From Octopus vulgaris (Eukaryota), in assembly GCA_951406725.2 (NCBI GenBank), contig OX597815.1:192634001-192698000 (forward strand): a stretch of DNA of 64,000 nucleotides, given 5' to 3'. This document shows positions 1 to 13,107 of the stretch, piece by piece. Positions within the stretch are counted from its first letter, which is position 1. Each line of letters starts with the position of its first letter. Made by a program: the position numbers and the translations under genes. A model generated the notes under the pieces. It ran no database searches. It was not told the origin of the DNA and saw only the letters and a program-made list of their open reading frames with translations.

Positions 1-64
1 TTATCATCATCATCCTCATCAACATCAGCACCACCACCACCGCCACCACCACCACCAACATCCC

Positions 65-102
<38 letters not shown>

Positions 103-107
103 ACACC

Positions 108-141
<34 letters not shown>

Positions 142-250
142 TCATTATCATCATCATCAACATCATCATCAACATCATAATCATTGTCGTCATAATCATC
201 AACATCATCATCCTCCTCCTCCTCATCGTCGTCGTCGTAATCATTACCAT
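1..250. repeat. (CAT)n/(CAC)n trinucleotide microsatellite, partly the tail of the adjacent degenerate RTE 3' end (251-392, minus)
   Basis: Direct reading; followed by a diverged copy of the gcatgggttgga...ggctggatgccctt.ctaac.ccaaccact motif seen in intact RTE 3' ends elsewhere in the window. Confidence 0.9.
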
Positions 251-445
251 TTAATATCCGTTTTCCTCGCAGGCATGGGTTGGATGGATTGACAGGAGCT
301 GGCAAGTCAGAAAATTGTGCCAAGCTTGACTGCCTGCTTCCAAATGGTTTCTATGGCTGGATGCCCTTACTAACACCAACCACTTTACAGACTGGTGTGT
401 AAATATACAGCTAGAGACGGACCTACAAACAGACAGGCAAATGGA

Positions 446-757
446 TACTCTTTTACATGCTTCAGTCATTTGACTGCAGCCATACTGGAGCACCACCTAA
501 GTCGAAGAAATCGATCCCAGGACTTATTCTTTGTAAGTCTAGTACTTATTCCATTGGTCTCTTTTGCTGAGCCACTAAGTTTTGGGGACATAAACACACC
601 AATATCAGTTGTCAAGCGATGGTGGGGGGACAAACACAGACACAAAGACACACAGACATAAATACATTTACATATATATGTACACATGACGGGCTTCTTT
701 CAGTTTCTGTCCATTAAATCCACTCACAAGGCTTAGGTCAGCCCAAGGCTATAGTAG
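446..757 (-). mobile_element. tRNA-derived SINE family A, 5'-truncated copy
   Basis: Reverse complement of the body and tail of the full copy at 42965-43373 (cagtcatttgactg, gacttattctttgtaag, aatccactcacaaggct). Confidence 0.85.
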
Positions 758-963
758 GTGAATTATATATATATATATAGAGAGAGAGAGAGACTGAGAG
801 AGAAGAGGATATAGAATTGGTTGAAGAGGAAGCCTTGGCAAGGCTGATCTTGGGAACTCGAACTTCATGGAGAAAATGATAAGGAACCAGGATGAATGGC
901 AAGATGCAGTTTTTGAGAGGACCCATCCAAATCAGTGAAACTAACTTCTGGAAGCACAGTGTA

Positions 964-1000
<37 letters not shown>

Positions 1001-1039
1001 GCAATCACCATGCTTGATTGCTAAATCTACAAATTTTTT

Positions 1040-1198
1040 TTCTTTCTTTCCGTTTATTTTCTCTTATTCCTTTCTGTTGAAGAAGAGCTTAGGCTCGAAA
1101 TGTAAAAGACTTTCCGACTTTCCCGAATATCAAATTAATATACCTGTTTGTTGTTCATACATCTGTCTTCGTCTTTTGTTTTTCTGCAAATTTCAACT
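1040..1198 (+). mobile_element. Short non-autonomous Penelope-like element with a variant hammerhead (1070-1108)
   Basis: cttt-CTGTTGA(AGA)-a-GAGC ttag GCTC-GAAA-TGT-A-aaag; second copy at ~33461-33647 (-) and a 3' fragment at ~37137-37214; ends in (TA)n. Confidence 0.55.
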
Positions 1199-1713
1199 AT
1201 ATATATATATATATATATATGTATACACACACACACATGTATGCATGTACATCATTCAATTTCCACCTCAGGACCCCACCACCATCCATTATCTCTCTAA
1301 TTGTAGCTTTTCCTTGATGCCATTAATTTTTCTCACTGTCTGGAACTTTTTTACTTGATATCCATCCTTCATCATTAACAATGTCATCTCTGCCCACATT
1401 TTTCATTGATCACCCCTCTGAGAAATATCAAATTATCTTTCCTTCTCCATCATGATATGATTCTTACTCTCCCCTTGTTCTATGCCTGCCTCTCTCTCTC
1501 GTGCACTCACTCTCTCTCATCCTTCCTCTGTCTGCTGTATCATCATTACTACTATGCTGCAGTTTACCCCCATGCATTGTTGGTCACCACCTACTCATGA
1601 TCGACCCGTCATTATGATTACAGGAAAGTTCAACGCAAGGAAAGTTTACCAAGAAAATATACCGATAGTATCTCACTATTAATAGTTAAAAACTATTTTA
1701 TTGAACAAGAATT

Positions 1714-1826
1714 GTGAAATGATGACGTTGAACTTGCCCTGCAGTGAACTGATGATCGCAAACTTTCCAAGTGGTGAATTGATGACAGTGAACTTTCCTT
1801 GTGGTGAACTGATGATGGTGAACTTA
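1714..1826. repeat. ~30-bp degenerate minisatellite (~3.7 units, gtgaactgatgat...gtgaactttcc..gtg)
   Basis: Recurrent gtgaa(c/t/a)tgatga motif at ~30-bp spacing. Confidence 0.7.
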
Positions 1827-2614
1827 CTGGACATGCTTCATTACATCCATCCTTAAGTCTTATTCAATCTCTTTAGCTCTTCCCTACCTCCCTTATTTTA
1901 TCAATCCTCCCCATTTAGTTTTCGTTCCTTATATTTACACCCTGTCACCCTTTTCCCATCTCTCTCACTCTCCCATACATTCCTGCAACCTCAACCAAGA
2001 AACAGATACCAGTTTACATGATTACCACTGGCAGATCATTTTCAGTGTGACTGGATACAAGCCCAAGTTATTTAATGTCCCAGAAAAAGAACAGGGTGGC
2101 CATTGCTGGAATGTCGTTGATCATGCAAGCTAAGTGGAATCATCATCATCACCACCACTGTTGTCGTCATCATTTCTCTGTTTTCCATGTTGACATGGGT
2201 CTATGGATATCTGAATTCAATCACCAAGTGGTGAAAACTAGGCAATAAGGCCAGGTCAACAGTAAATGACCTTTAGCCGTTTTTAGTATCTGGATTGTGG
2301 TCATGTTAGGGCATCACCTTTATGGATGTCCTTAATTAAATCTACTCTCTACCAAGTACTTGTAGACCAGTATTTATTTTACCAATCTCAAGAGGATAAA
2401 ACTCCAGCATTTACCTGGAAAGGATTTGACTTTTCAATGTAAACTGACATAACTAAAGGTCACAAAGTACTTAGTCTGATGCTCAACCAAATCTGCAATC
2501 CACCAGACAATTAAATATTGAATGCTAACACAAGAACAAGGCCAGTGCATGACAAGTTACTAACTTTAACGTTCTAAAGAGGCAGAGCTGAACTTTGGCA
2601 GTAATTAAATTCAA

Positions 2615-3133
2615 AGGCGGCGAGCTGGCAGAAACGTTAGCACGCCGGGCGAAATGCATAGCCGTATTTCATCTGCTGTTACGTTCTGAGTTCAAATTCC
2701 GCCGAGGTCGACTTTGCCCTTCATCCTTTCGGGGTCGATAAATTAAGTACAAGTTATGCACTAGAGTTGATGTAATTGACTTAATCCGTCTGTCTGAATT
2801 CTGCCGAGGTCGACTTTGCCTTTCATCCTTTCGGGGTCGATAAATTAAGTACCAGTTACGCACTGGAGTCGATGTAATCGACTTAATCCGTTTGTCTGTC
2901 CTTGTTTGTCCTCTCTGTGTTTAGCCCCTTGTGGATAGCAAAGAAATAGGTATTTCGTCTTCCGTTACGTTCTGAGTTCAAATTCCGCTGAGGTCGACTT
3001 TGCCTTTCATCCTTTCGGGGTCGATAAATTAAGTACCAGTTACGCACTGGAGTCAATGTAATCGACTTAATCCGTTTGTCTGTCCTTGTTTGTCCTCTCT
3101 GTGTTTAGCCCCTTGTGGGTAGTAAAGAAATAA
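2615..3133 (+). mobile_element. tRNA-derived SINE family B, trimeric copy (one head, three tandem bodies)
   Basis: Head ggcggcgagctggcagaaacg, B-box-like gagttcaaattcc, body gtcgactttgcc(t/c)ttcatcctttcggggtcgataaattaagtac repeated 3x; flanked by near-perfect TSD gta(a/t)ttaaattcaa (2601-2614, 3134-3147). Confidence 0.85.
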
Positions 3134-3616
3134 GTATTTAAATTCAAGATGAAAAGGAACACAACTAAATAACCATAGTACGTTCTGTCTGATGCTCCAA
3201 CGATTCTACCAGCCCACCAGCTAAATAATTCATATATTGATTCTATCATTAATTAATTCATATATTCTATCATACATTACATAACCATTCATGGATATTA
3301 CTGTATTTCTTTCTCCAATCACAATTTTTTTCTTATTTTTTCTGTATCGACTAAAGCTATTGAGAAAAGAGAACACATTAGTCCCTCACCTCCGTTAAAC
3401 ATGATCTAATAAAGAAACTTCAATATTGTCGCTCTCAAACTGCTAGAAATTACCTCCACACTGTCTTAGAAAACTAAGGACACATTGGATGATGTAGTCT
3501 TAGATATACTATTCCACCACCACCCCTAAAAAGGGAAAGATAAAATAGTCACAACAGGATCTGATCAATCAGGGTTAGCCAGGGATTTCACTACAACATT
3601 AGGCTACTGATAACAT

Positions 3617-3771
3617 TTTCTAAACCATCTTAATGAATTGTAAGTCATCTTAATAATGTCTAAGCCATTTAATAAATTTTAAGCCTTCTTAATAAAATTT
3701 AAACCATCTTAATAAGTTCTAAGCTGTCTTAATAAATTCCAAAACTTCTTAATAAATTCTAAGCCATTTAC
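3617..3771. repeat. 20-bp AT-rich minisatellite (~8 units, consensus ttctaagccatcttaataaa)
   Basis: Direct reading of period-20 repeat. Confidence 0.85.
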
Positions 3772-3913
3772 TAAATCAGATTACTGTACTATTGTTAGTC
3801 TCTATAAAGCTACACTGTTACTTAAAACATTAATTTATGTAAGTTACTTGCATGTGAAGAAGAGATACATCAAATAGACATTTGGTTATATAGTGTCCTT
3901 CAAGTATAATTTA

Positions 3914-4303
3914 CTAGCACTATTGCCCGGCGTTGCTCGGGTTTGTTTCGACCCTTTAGAATTGGAATTTTTGAAAAGTAAAAATTTTGCATTATGTAGC
4001 TTGTTATTCTTTTTAAGTGAACATTTTTCTGATTGAAATACACCGAAAAATGGCGACACAGCCGTCAAAAAATCGTAAAAAATAGGGATTTTCATAGAAA
4101 AAAAGCACCTTTTTGATGTGTATAATTTTTGGTCTTAAAATGGTCCGATTTGAATTTTATTTTCTACAGAATGAAGAGCAAACCTTCTTCTATCATATTC
4201 TAAATTTTGGTCAACTTGTGCCACAGGGTCTCGGAGGAGATAGTGTTAGTTGAAGGCTACCAAACCTGCCATACACAGACAACTTCAGCTTTATATATAG
4301 AGA
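3914..4303 (-). mobile_element. Non-autonomous Helitron (~390 bp)
   Basis: Minus strand starts A|TCTCTATATATAAAG and ends with hairpin CCCG-AGCAACGC-CGGG then CTAG|T; no TSD; second copy at 43992-44381. Confidence 0.8.
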
Positions 4304-4374
4304 TTTCAATCCATTCTTGACTGTATTTTGAATAAGTACACTGCATATTTACACTCATTTGTTTTATCTTTAAT

Positions 4375-5100
4375 GAGTTTTGGTCATTAGACTGTGGCTA
4401 TGCTGGGGCACTGGCTTCAAGAATTTTTAGTTGAATGAATCAACCCCAGTAGTTAAATCTTTTGTAAGCTTCATACTTATTCTATCATTCTCTTTTGTCG
4501 AACTGCTAAGTTATGGGGATGTAAACACACCAACACCTGTTGTCAAGCAGTAGGGGTGGACACAAAGATACACACATACATATAAGGAGTGGCTGTGTGG
4601 TAAGTAGCTTGCTTACCAACCCCATGGTTCCGGGTTCAGTCCCATTGCGTTGCAGCTAGGGCAAGTGTCTTTTACTATAGCCTTGGGCTGACCAAAGCCT
4701 TGTGAGTGGATTTGGTAGATGGAAATTGAAAGAAGCCCATCATGTGTATATGTTAATGTGTCTGTGTTTGTCCCCCCAACATCGCTTGACAACCGATGCT
4801 GGTGTGTTTACAGCCCCGTAACTTAACGGTTCAGCAAAAGAGACCGATAGAATAAGTACTAGGCTTACAAAGAATAAGTCTTAGGGTTGATTTGCTCGAC
4901 TAAAGGCGGTGCTCCAGCATGGCCACAGTCAAATGACTGAAACAAAAGAATAAAAGAATATACGATGGGCTTCTTTTAGTTTCTGTCTGCCAAATCCACT
5001 CACAAGGCTTTGTTCAGCATGAGGCTATCGTAAAAGATTATGCAGTGGGACTGAACTTGGAACCATGTGGTTGAGAAGCAAACTTTTTATCACAAAGCCT
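4375..5100 (-). mobile_element. Old SINE A copy (minus) interrupted by a younger SINE A copy (plus, ~4583-4958)
   Basis: Minus-strand tail half 4375-4582 and head half 4959-5100 bracket a complete plus-strand copy with head ggagtggctgtgtggtaagtagc and B-box ggttcagtccc. Confidence 0.8.
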
Positions 5101-6572
5101 TGCTCAACATCCTTCTTTACATGCTAGCATGGGTTAGCATTTTACAGCCAGACAATCTTCCTATTGTCAACTGCCACCCATTTTCCAACACTGTAATAGT
5201 TCAGCCAATCTACAAACATGGATTAATAACTTATTAACCCCAGAAGGATAACAGCAAAGTTGGCCTCAGTGGGTCTTGAACTTAGAATGTAAAGATCCAC
5301 AACAAATTTTACAGGTCATTTTAACCAACAGTCTAACAATTTTGCCAGCTTCCCATGTTTCTCTTGAACATCCTTGATATTGTGGAGGGGAAATTTGTTG
5401 CAGGGGAAAAGACAAAACTCACTTAAAAAGGAAAAAAAAAAGACCCCATGACTTCTTCTAGGAGAAAGACATTCCAGAGGCATTTGCATGGTCAAGTCTG
5501 ACCAATGGAGGCTTTAGATAAGTTGGAAAGGTCATGGATGGAAGACTTTTATCACAGCTTTGTTTGATCAGAACAACAACTACCATTATTATGCTGAAAG
5601 TAACTTTATGAGTAGAGTTACAACATTCCTTAGGGACAAAGGTTTTGTTGTTGCCCCTTTGAACTGTCCTATCTTCTATGGCATTATCTGATGCATTGAT
5701 GTAATTCCTGCTTCAATGAGGTAACCAGAAAGATGTTCAGAAATCATTGATTGTATAAATATGGAATGCTTAACATAACATAATTATTTATGTAGAACAA
5801 ACCTATTTTTTAAAACCAGATTTCTAAACCTAAATATTAGGGATGGATATAGTATGTGAGAACTAAATGTTACTCATTTTGTCATAGTTGAGTGTGTCAC
5901 CATGGTTGCGATGACAAAATGGAAGTATTTTCATTGTATTGGTTTGTTAAAGCTAACTGATGTGCAAAGAAGAGTTAAAATCACGATACTACATTTTTCT
6001 ATAATAGTAGAAATTTATTAAATATTGGTCCATGGATTTATTACTGTGAAATTACTACACAAAGCAAAATATAATACTTTCATTAGTGCAAATACTATTT
6101 GAGTTATTTAATGCAAAATTTAAATTGATAAATAATCAATAAATTAATTTAAATTAATTAATAATCAACAAAGATTATTCATAAATATTGTCATTAGCAA
6201 AATATAAATATAAACTGAAAAAAAATAAGAAAACTCCTAAAACTATTATTCCCAAAATTCCGTAATTATTATCATAATGAACCAGCACAATTAATTTTTC
6301 TATTGAAAAAACAAATGTATTTGATAATGAAAGTATTTATGTGAAAATGTTTACATTCTGTATTATGTCTTTTGAACTCGTCCAGTCTGATAGGATTTCA
6401 AGAGGCTGACTTTACAGAAGATATAATTTTTTTATAGATTACACCAGTTCAAAATTTGCTTATTGTTTTGAGGATACGTGAATATTTTTCAAAGTATTTT
6501 AGACAGCAATTATAATAAATCTAACTAAACACACCTTTTTTCTGTACATCATAATATAAAATGAATAAATAA

Positions 6573-6603
<31 letters not shown>

Positions 6604-7020
6604 AAACTGTGTACATTATACACGAGTGATAGTTACTGAGATTTCATAGCAAATGACCAGTAATGCTCATTATATACAAGTCTGCAGTATATATGAATAA
6701 ATATGGCATCAACAATAAGATGACATTGAGAATAATGAATACTACAGATGTATTAAAAACTATATCATCTCACTAATAACGTGATTTTCAGCAAGAAAAA
6801 GAAGAAAAAAAACAACAAAAAACAAAATCATTTTTAAAATACAGTTGTTAGTGTTGTTGTTGTTGTTGTTGTTGTTGTTTTGTTCAGTCCCAGGTCAATC
6901 GTCACCAAGCAGATCAAAACATTCGTCTCTCTCTACCAATATTTTGAAAACATAGCAGAACTTAATACATTTGATGTAAAAACATTTTTACATTATGTTC
7001 TTCTATTTCGGTGAGTCCTC

Positions 7021-7142
7021 TCAAAATACAACGGAATGCATTAGCATCTTTAATGCCGCACTCTTTGCTTTCTCAATCTTAGCTACGAGTATTTGGTTCT
7101 GTTTACCGCTAAACCAAACTTTCATCATCGGGAGATGACTAG
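7021..7142 (-). CDS. Candidate terminal coding exon of an unidentified gene (SHLPMMKVWFSGKQNQILVAKIEKAKSAALKMLMHSVVF*)
   Basis: Non-repetitive, GC-richer island; acceptor tttattcag| at 7145-7143; open phase-1 frame to TGA; followed by >1 kb of unique AT-rich 3'UTR-like sequence. No homology recognised. Confidence 0.3.
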
Positions 7143-7294
7143 CTGAATAAATGTAATATCCCAAGATACAGTGATACAGTCACTAAAATTAGATAGATAT
7201 ATGTATACGTAAGGTCATATATTAATTATAGATGCAGGCATACAAACAAATATTCATGGTTATTATACTTGATCAAAACTGACTAGCTTTAGAG

Positions 7295-7582
<288 letters not shown>

Positions 7583-7999
7583 TGTTTAAGTTTAGCATTG
7601 CAGATTAAATGGCTGAGTTGAATGTAGTATCTAAAAGCGTGCAGATACAATAATGCAGATTTTGATGAAGTCAGTGAAAAAAGGTATATTTATGCAGTAT
7701 TATTACAGAAACAAATTTAATGTAAGCAAACAAAGATTTTAAGCTCCGAGCCTCAAGGCTCTGTGTTCAAAACCTGCTTTTAGTTGACTTGAGTTTCTTC
7801 TTTACCGATTCAATAAATGAAATACTGCAGATTTTTTTTTTACTAATCTGCCTTTATTTTATACCCATAAGTAGAATACAGGCATGTCAAACATTTATTA
7901 AAACTCACACATTAGGAAAACTATTTGCACACAAACACATGCACATATTCATGTACAACAACTATACATACATACATACATACATACATACATACATTT

Positions 8000-8138
8000 C
8001 AATATGTGGTCACGTGTGGATCGTTGGCAATTTTTCTTTCTCCGTCTTCCCTTCCTTGGACCTTCCCTTTTTCTATGTTTCTGACGAAGAGCTCCGCTCG
8101 AAACAGTAAATCCTCCTTCTTTGTTTCCTTTCCTGAGC
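8000..8138 (+). mobile_element. Short Penelope-like non-autonomous element (family H2) carrying a minimal hammerhead
   Basis: Homologous to 20645-20858 (-) and 58580-58795 (-); all three contain the same hammerhead core. Confidence 0.7.
8077..8111 (+). ncRNA. Minimal type I hammerhead ribozyme motif (core intact)
   Basis: gttt-CTGACGA-a-GAGC tcc GCTC-GAAA-CAGT-A-aa; family consensus from the three copies is gttt CTGACGA a GAGC nnn GCTC GAAACGT T aaac. Confidence 0.7.
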
Positions 8139-8632
8139 GTACATACATACAAACAAACATACATACATACATTCATACATACATACATACATACATACAT
8201 ACACACACACACATACATACAAACATACATACATACTTACATACATTCATACATACATACATACATACATACAAACAAACATACATACATACATACATAC
8301 ATACATACATACATACACACACACATACATACAAACATACATACATACTTACATACATTCATACATACATACATTCATACATACATACACACACACACAT
8401 ACATACATACAAACATACATACATACATACATGCATACATATATACATACATACATACATACATTTATACATACATACATTCATACATATATACATACAT
8501 ACATACATACATACATTCATACATATATACGTTCATACATACATACATACATACAAACATACTTACATACAAACATACATACATACTTACATACATACAT
8601 ACATCCAGACATACATACATACATATACATAC
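8139..8632. repeat. ~0.5 kb (CATA)n tetranucleotide microsatellite
   Basis: Direct reading. Confidence 0.97.
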
Positions 8633-9560
8633 ATCATCAGGTTCATCATCATCAACATCACCAGCACCATTTCAATATCACTTTTCCATATTTGCATGAC
8701 TCAGGCATCATTTGTCAGGGCACATTGTCTATGGCTTGCTACCTGCCCTGCTATGAACCCTCACCAGTTTCGAAATAAGGTAATATCTTATCAATGACCA
8801 GACATGTTTTCACAGAAGATGAAAGACACAGTTTGCACAATGGCGACATATTTATTTACAACTATCAGATGACGTCAAGGCAAGGACTTAGTAAAACACC
8901 CACACACCCACACACACATCCACACACCCACACACAAGGCTTAATTCACAACACGCCAGCTGAATTCAATTCGTCTCCAGTCGAATTGCCTGTTGTTATA
9001 TCTTATTATTATTATTGTTTTTGTATTTATATTTGTATTATTTTATTGTTTTTTTTTGTATTATTTTTGTATTTATATTTGTGTAACATTGTCCGTTTTT
9101 CCATCCTTGTTTCGTATACATTCGATCCTTTTTCCAAGGAATCTAATGCTCTTAGCTTAGTTTTCCCTTGGGGCTGGACAGATTGGAGCAATCTCAAGAT
9201 TAATCAGCCGAAATTGTTAGGATGATCCGGTTCTTGACTGAAGATTAAAGGCTTCGAAAGATCCGTCCGTGTTTTTTGCATTGTATATATATATATATAT
9301 ATACAAAGGGTTTGCTTTTCATCCTTTTGGGGTTGATAAAATAAGTACCAATTGAGCACTGGGGTCGATGTAATTAATTGGCCCCTCCGCTAAAATTTCA
9401 GGCTATAAGAGAAAATATTTCTTTTTTCAAGGTGGTGGGCAGGTAGAATCGTTAGCAAGTCAAACAAAATGCTGGGATCAATGTAATCCACTGTCACTTC
9501 CCTTCAAATTTATTGGCCTTGTTCCAAAAATTAGAAACACACACAGACACACACACACAT

Positions 9561-9594
<34 letters not shown>

Positions 9595-9596
9595 AT

Positions 9597-9918
9597 GACA
9601 AGCTTCTTTTAGTTTTCATCTAGCAAATTTACAGATAAGGTTTTGGTTGACTTCAGGCTATAGTAGAAGACAATTGCCCAAGTGCCACACAGTGGGACTG
9701 AACCTAGAACCATGTGGTTGGGAAGCCAGCTTCCTACCACACAGCCATGACTGTATGTATATGCATGTATTCCGCCGAGGTCGACTTTGTCTTTCATCCT
9801 TTCGGGGTCGATAAATAAAGTACCAGTTACGCACTGGGGTCGATGTAATCGACTTAATCCCTTTGTCTGTCCTTGTTTGTCTCCTCTATGTTTAGCCCCA
9901 TGTGGGCTATAAAGAAAT
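9597..9918. mobile_element. SINE A 5' half (minus, 9597-9752) abutting a SINE B body (plus, 9770-9918)
   Basis: Matches to the family consensuses seen elsewhere in the window. Confidence 0.8.
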
Positions 9919-10392
9919 ATATATGTATATGCATGTGTGTGTGTGTGTGTAATGTGGATGCATGTGTGCATATGAATGTATATTTGATAACAGGAGTATT
10001 TAATTAGTTAATTAGTTAATTGTTTCAGTCATGGGATCTAAATTCTAATCAGAGGCAGAATATATAATTAAAAAAATGGCTCCCTTATGCAACTGCATAA
10101 ATTCTTTTATTTTAAACTTTCAATGTAATGGAAATGTATTTAAGCTACTTTCAAACAAAGATCTATACATGAGGATTTAACATGGAGGAGAATGGAAACA
10201 TCTCTTTTTTTAGTTTCACTTTTGAATACCAAACAAAACTTTATGAGATGTTATATATTATAATAGCCTTTCCTTCTAGGAGAGCTGTCAGTTTTCTTCA
10301 AGATTAGAAAATACAAATACAAATGCACACACACACATGTGTGTGTATATATGTATGTATGTTTATATATAAATATATAAACATATATGTTC

Positions 10393-10433
<41 letters not shown>

Positions 10434-11370
10434 GTATGCATGTATATATATGAAAGTGACCTCAAAGAGTTTTAGCACAAAGTACCATAAAAAGAGGCAA
10501 AGTGAATGCAGCTATGGTTAAGCAATGTATCAGAATGGCAAGTTAAAAAGATTGGAATTAGATAAAACAAAACTAAACCAAACCAAACCAAACAAAACAA
10601 ACAAATAAATATAAATTTTAAAAAAACCGAACAAAATAAATGAAGAAAATGGTTGGTTAGAGACATTTATACTGATTCCAAAGTCATCTATAAAGCTGAT
10701 ATTAGTAAATATTGCATTATAAGAAACAAAAAAATCAGTGAGATGGAACATTTTTGAATAAATGTTAAAGTTGGAAAATATGAACAAAACATAGGAAAAC
10801 ACTCAAAAAAAAAACAAGGGGGAATAAAATAACAAAAACAAACAAGACAAAAATATATTGGCCATTAGTAGTTTTGAAAACACTGTAAACGGTATGTAAA
10901 TAAATATACATGGCTACTTCAGACAATTTAAAGAAACTAACTGATAGACACATTTTCTGTACCCTTTGATCGATTTAAGTTTTCCAAAATTACAAATATT
11001 GTATAAGAAAGACTTTGAATTGTTGTACATCTAAGAAAAAACATCAAGTGATATCACTTTGAGTTTGTGAACATTTTATAATTTGATATATTACATTCAT
11101 GCAGGAGCAGATGCGGTTGCATGGTTTTAGGTTCAGTCCTACAAGTGTCTTGTATAAACCCTGGGCCAAAAAAAAGCCTTGTGAGTGGATTTAGAAGACA
11201 GAAATTGAAAAAGCCCAATGTATACACATATGTATATGTGTGTATATAAATATATATATATATATATATATTGTGTATATGTATATATATGTAAGAATAT
11301 GAGTACGTATGCACTCATATTTATATTTATATGTAAATTATTTTAGGGTTTGTACTCATACTTGCATTAG

Positions 11371-11484
11371 AATCTCCGAAGAGGCCGTAAGATATTCTTG
11401 TTAATGTCTCATTTATACCTGCATTATATGGCTAATAGGTTAAATGAGACATACCTATCTTCATGGCCGAAACAGCTGTCAGTT
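11371..11484 (+). ncRNA. Type I hammerhead motif with extended stem II (U4>C), inside a short (TA)n-flanked element (~11330-11675)
   Basis: aatct-CCGAAGA-GGCC[...atgtctcattta...taaatgagacat...]GGCC-GAAA-CAGCTGT-C-ag; palindromic stem III ACAGCTGT; GUC cleavage triplet. Confidence 0.65.
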
Positions 11485-11800
11485 ATAATGTAAATGTATT
11501 TTTATATCTTGTTATATTTATTTAGTTATATCTCACCATATTGATTGTAATTATTGTACTGTATTAATGTCTAATCTCATTGCTATTGTGTAGTGTTTTA
11601 ATAAAGTATGTGATTGGGTATTATCTGATAGTTGATGATTGATTTAGATATATTTCTCCATTTTCTCATTTTGTATTATATATATATATATATATATACA
11701 TTTAGCAGTTGTAATGTATGACAAACATATTTCAACTAAACTAAATCCAGCTCATACCTAAACACTGCTTTGTGCCAATGCTTCGTCATATATATATATA

Positions 11801-11899
11801 TATCATCATCATCATCATCATCGTTTAGCGTCCGTTTTCCATGCTAGCATGGGTTGGACGGGTCAACTGGGGTCTGTGAAGCTGGAAGGCTTCGTCAGA
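11801..11899 (-). mobile_element. RTE LINE extreme 3' end (~100 bp) with (ATG)n tail
   Basis: Near-identical to 22068-22163 and 58195-58280. Confidence 0.85.
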
Positions 11900-11995
11900 T
11901 ATAATTATTAATATTAGGAAGAGTCCACAGGGGAGAGAAATTCAATTTAGTGGTACTAAAACGAATTACTTGGTGTTTTATATACATATACATAG

Positions 11996-12353
11996 ATAGG
12001 TTTAAGAGACAGAACCACCTTATTTAGTAATGAAAAAATTATTTCGACAATTTTTAGTAGTATAATTTTATTTGTCATATTGGATGTAAATAGTAAAATA
12101 GTTTTATATAATCCAGACCTGAAGATTGGCAGTATAGTCGGACTGACATGGTATTGAATTTCGAGACCTTCTATTTCAGCAATGCCGATAGATATATTGT
12201 CATGAAACACGCATAGTCTATATAATTTAATATAGTATTCAGAATAAGAATTGTAGATATTAATTTTGATAAAATTTAATCTTATATACCTCTATCATCT
12301 CTATCATAGATAATGTCGTTCAATGTTGCTTGAAGGTAGTTCTGTCTCTTAAA

Positions 12354-12358
<5 letters not shown>
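11996..12358 (+). mobile_element. Short element with 26-bp terminal inverted repeats and an internal hammerhead, inserted in (TA)n
   Basis: ataggtttaagagacagaaccacctt (11996-12021) / aaggtagttctgtctcttaaacctat (12333-12358). Confidence 0.7.
12115..12219 (+). ncRNA. Type I hammerhead motif with long stem II
   Basis: agac-CTGAAGA-t-TGGCAGTATA...TATATTGTCA-t-GAAA-CACGCAT-A-gtct; stem I agac/gtct; stem III explicable as CpG-decayed palindrome ACGCGCGT. Confidence 0.65.
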
Positions 12359-12397
<39 letters not shown>

Positions 12398-12400
<3 letters not shown>

Positions 12401-12562
12401 TTTATAATAGGGTTCAGCAAAGTTTTGCTTTACCACATACCGAAGTTTAGAAATAGCAACCAAAGAACCTTAGCTATTTCCTCTACTTTAAAAAGACTCC
12501 CTGCTATTTCTAAACTTCAGTATGTGGCAAAGCAAATCTTTGCTGAACCCTATTATAAAGTA
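12398..12562. repeat. ~60-bp inverted repeat (fold-back) directly after (TA)n
   Basis: tactttataatagggttcagcaaag...tttagaaatagca / tgctatttctaaa...ctttgctgaaccctattataaagta with ~43-nt spacer. Confidence 0.9.
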
Positions 12563-12797
12563 TTACTTTAGTTTACCGTGAAATGGTCTTTTTCATGCCA
12601 AATTCTACTTGGTGAAATTATTGATTACTAGTTAGAATACAATTAGAATACCTATTTCTTTACTGCCCACAAGGAGCTACACACAAAGGGGACAAACAAG
12701 GACAGACAAACGGATTAAGTCGATTACATCGACCCCAGTGCATAACTAGTACTTAATTTACTAGTTAATTAATTAATTTTACCCTTTGATATTATTG

Positions 12798-12856
<59 letters not shown>

Positions 12857-13107
12857 AGTTTATAGATGAGAGACAGATGTTCTTCATATAGAAAACATTT
12901 TGTAGGGCTCAAGAGATTTAATCTTGAGTAGGTAGAGGAGTAAATGTAAGGATAAGCAAGTTAGGCAAGTCAATATACAAAAAAATATTAAATACTTTTA
13001 ATACAGAAAATGTACATATGCTTACATACAAGAAGGTCTGACTTACACAGAATAGAAACGATAGAAATGATCAGGAATTAAAGGGTTTTAAAATAAGAGT
13101 TTTATGA

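Noticed and set aside
7925-8797. 290-aa HTYI-repeat ORF and the many YI/CV/HT ORFs across the window
   Set aside because: Translations of (CATA)n, (TA)n and (TG)n microsatellites
9160-9272. Possible hammerheads (ggctg...cagccGAAA; CTGAAGA...GAAA)
   Set aside because: The first lacks a CUGAnGA box and the second lacks a credible stem II and stem I
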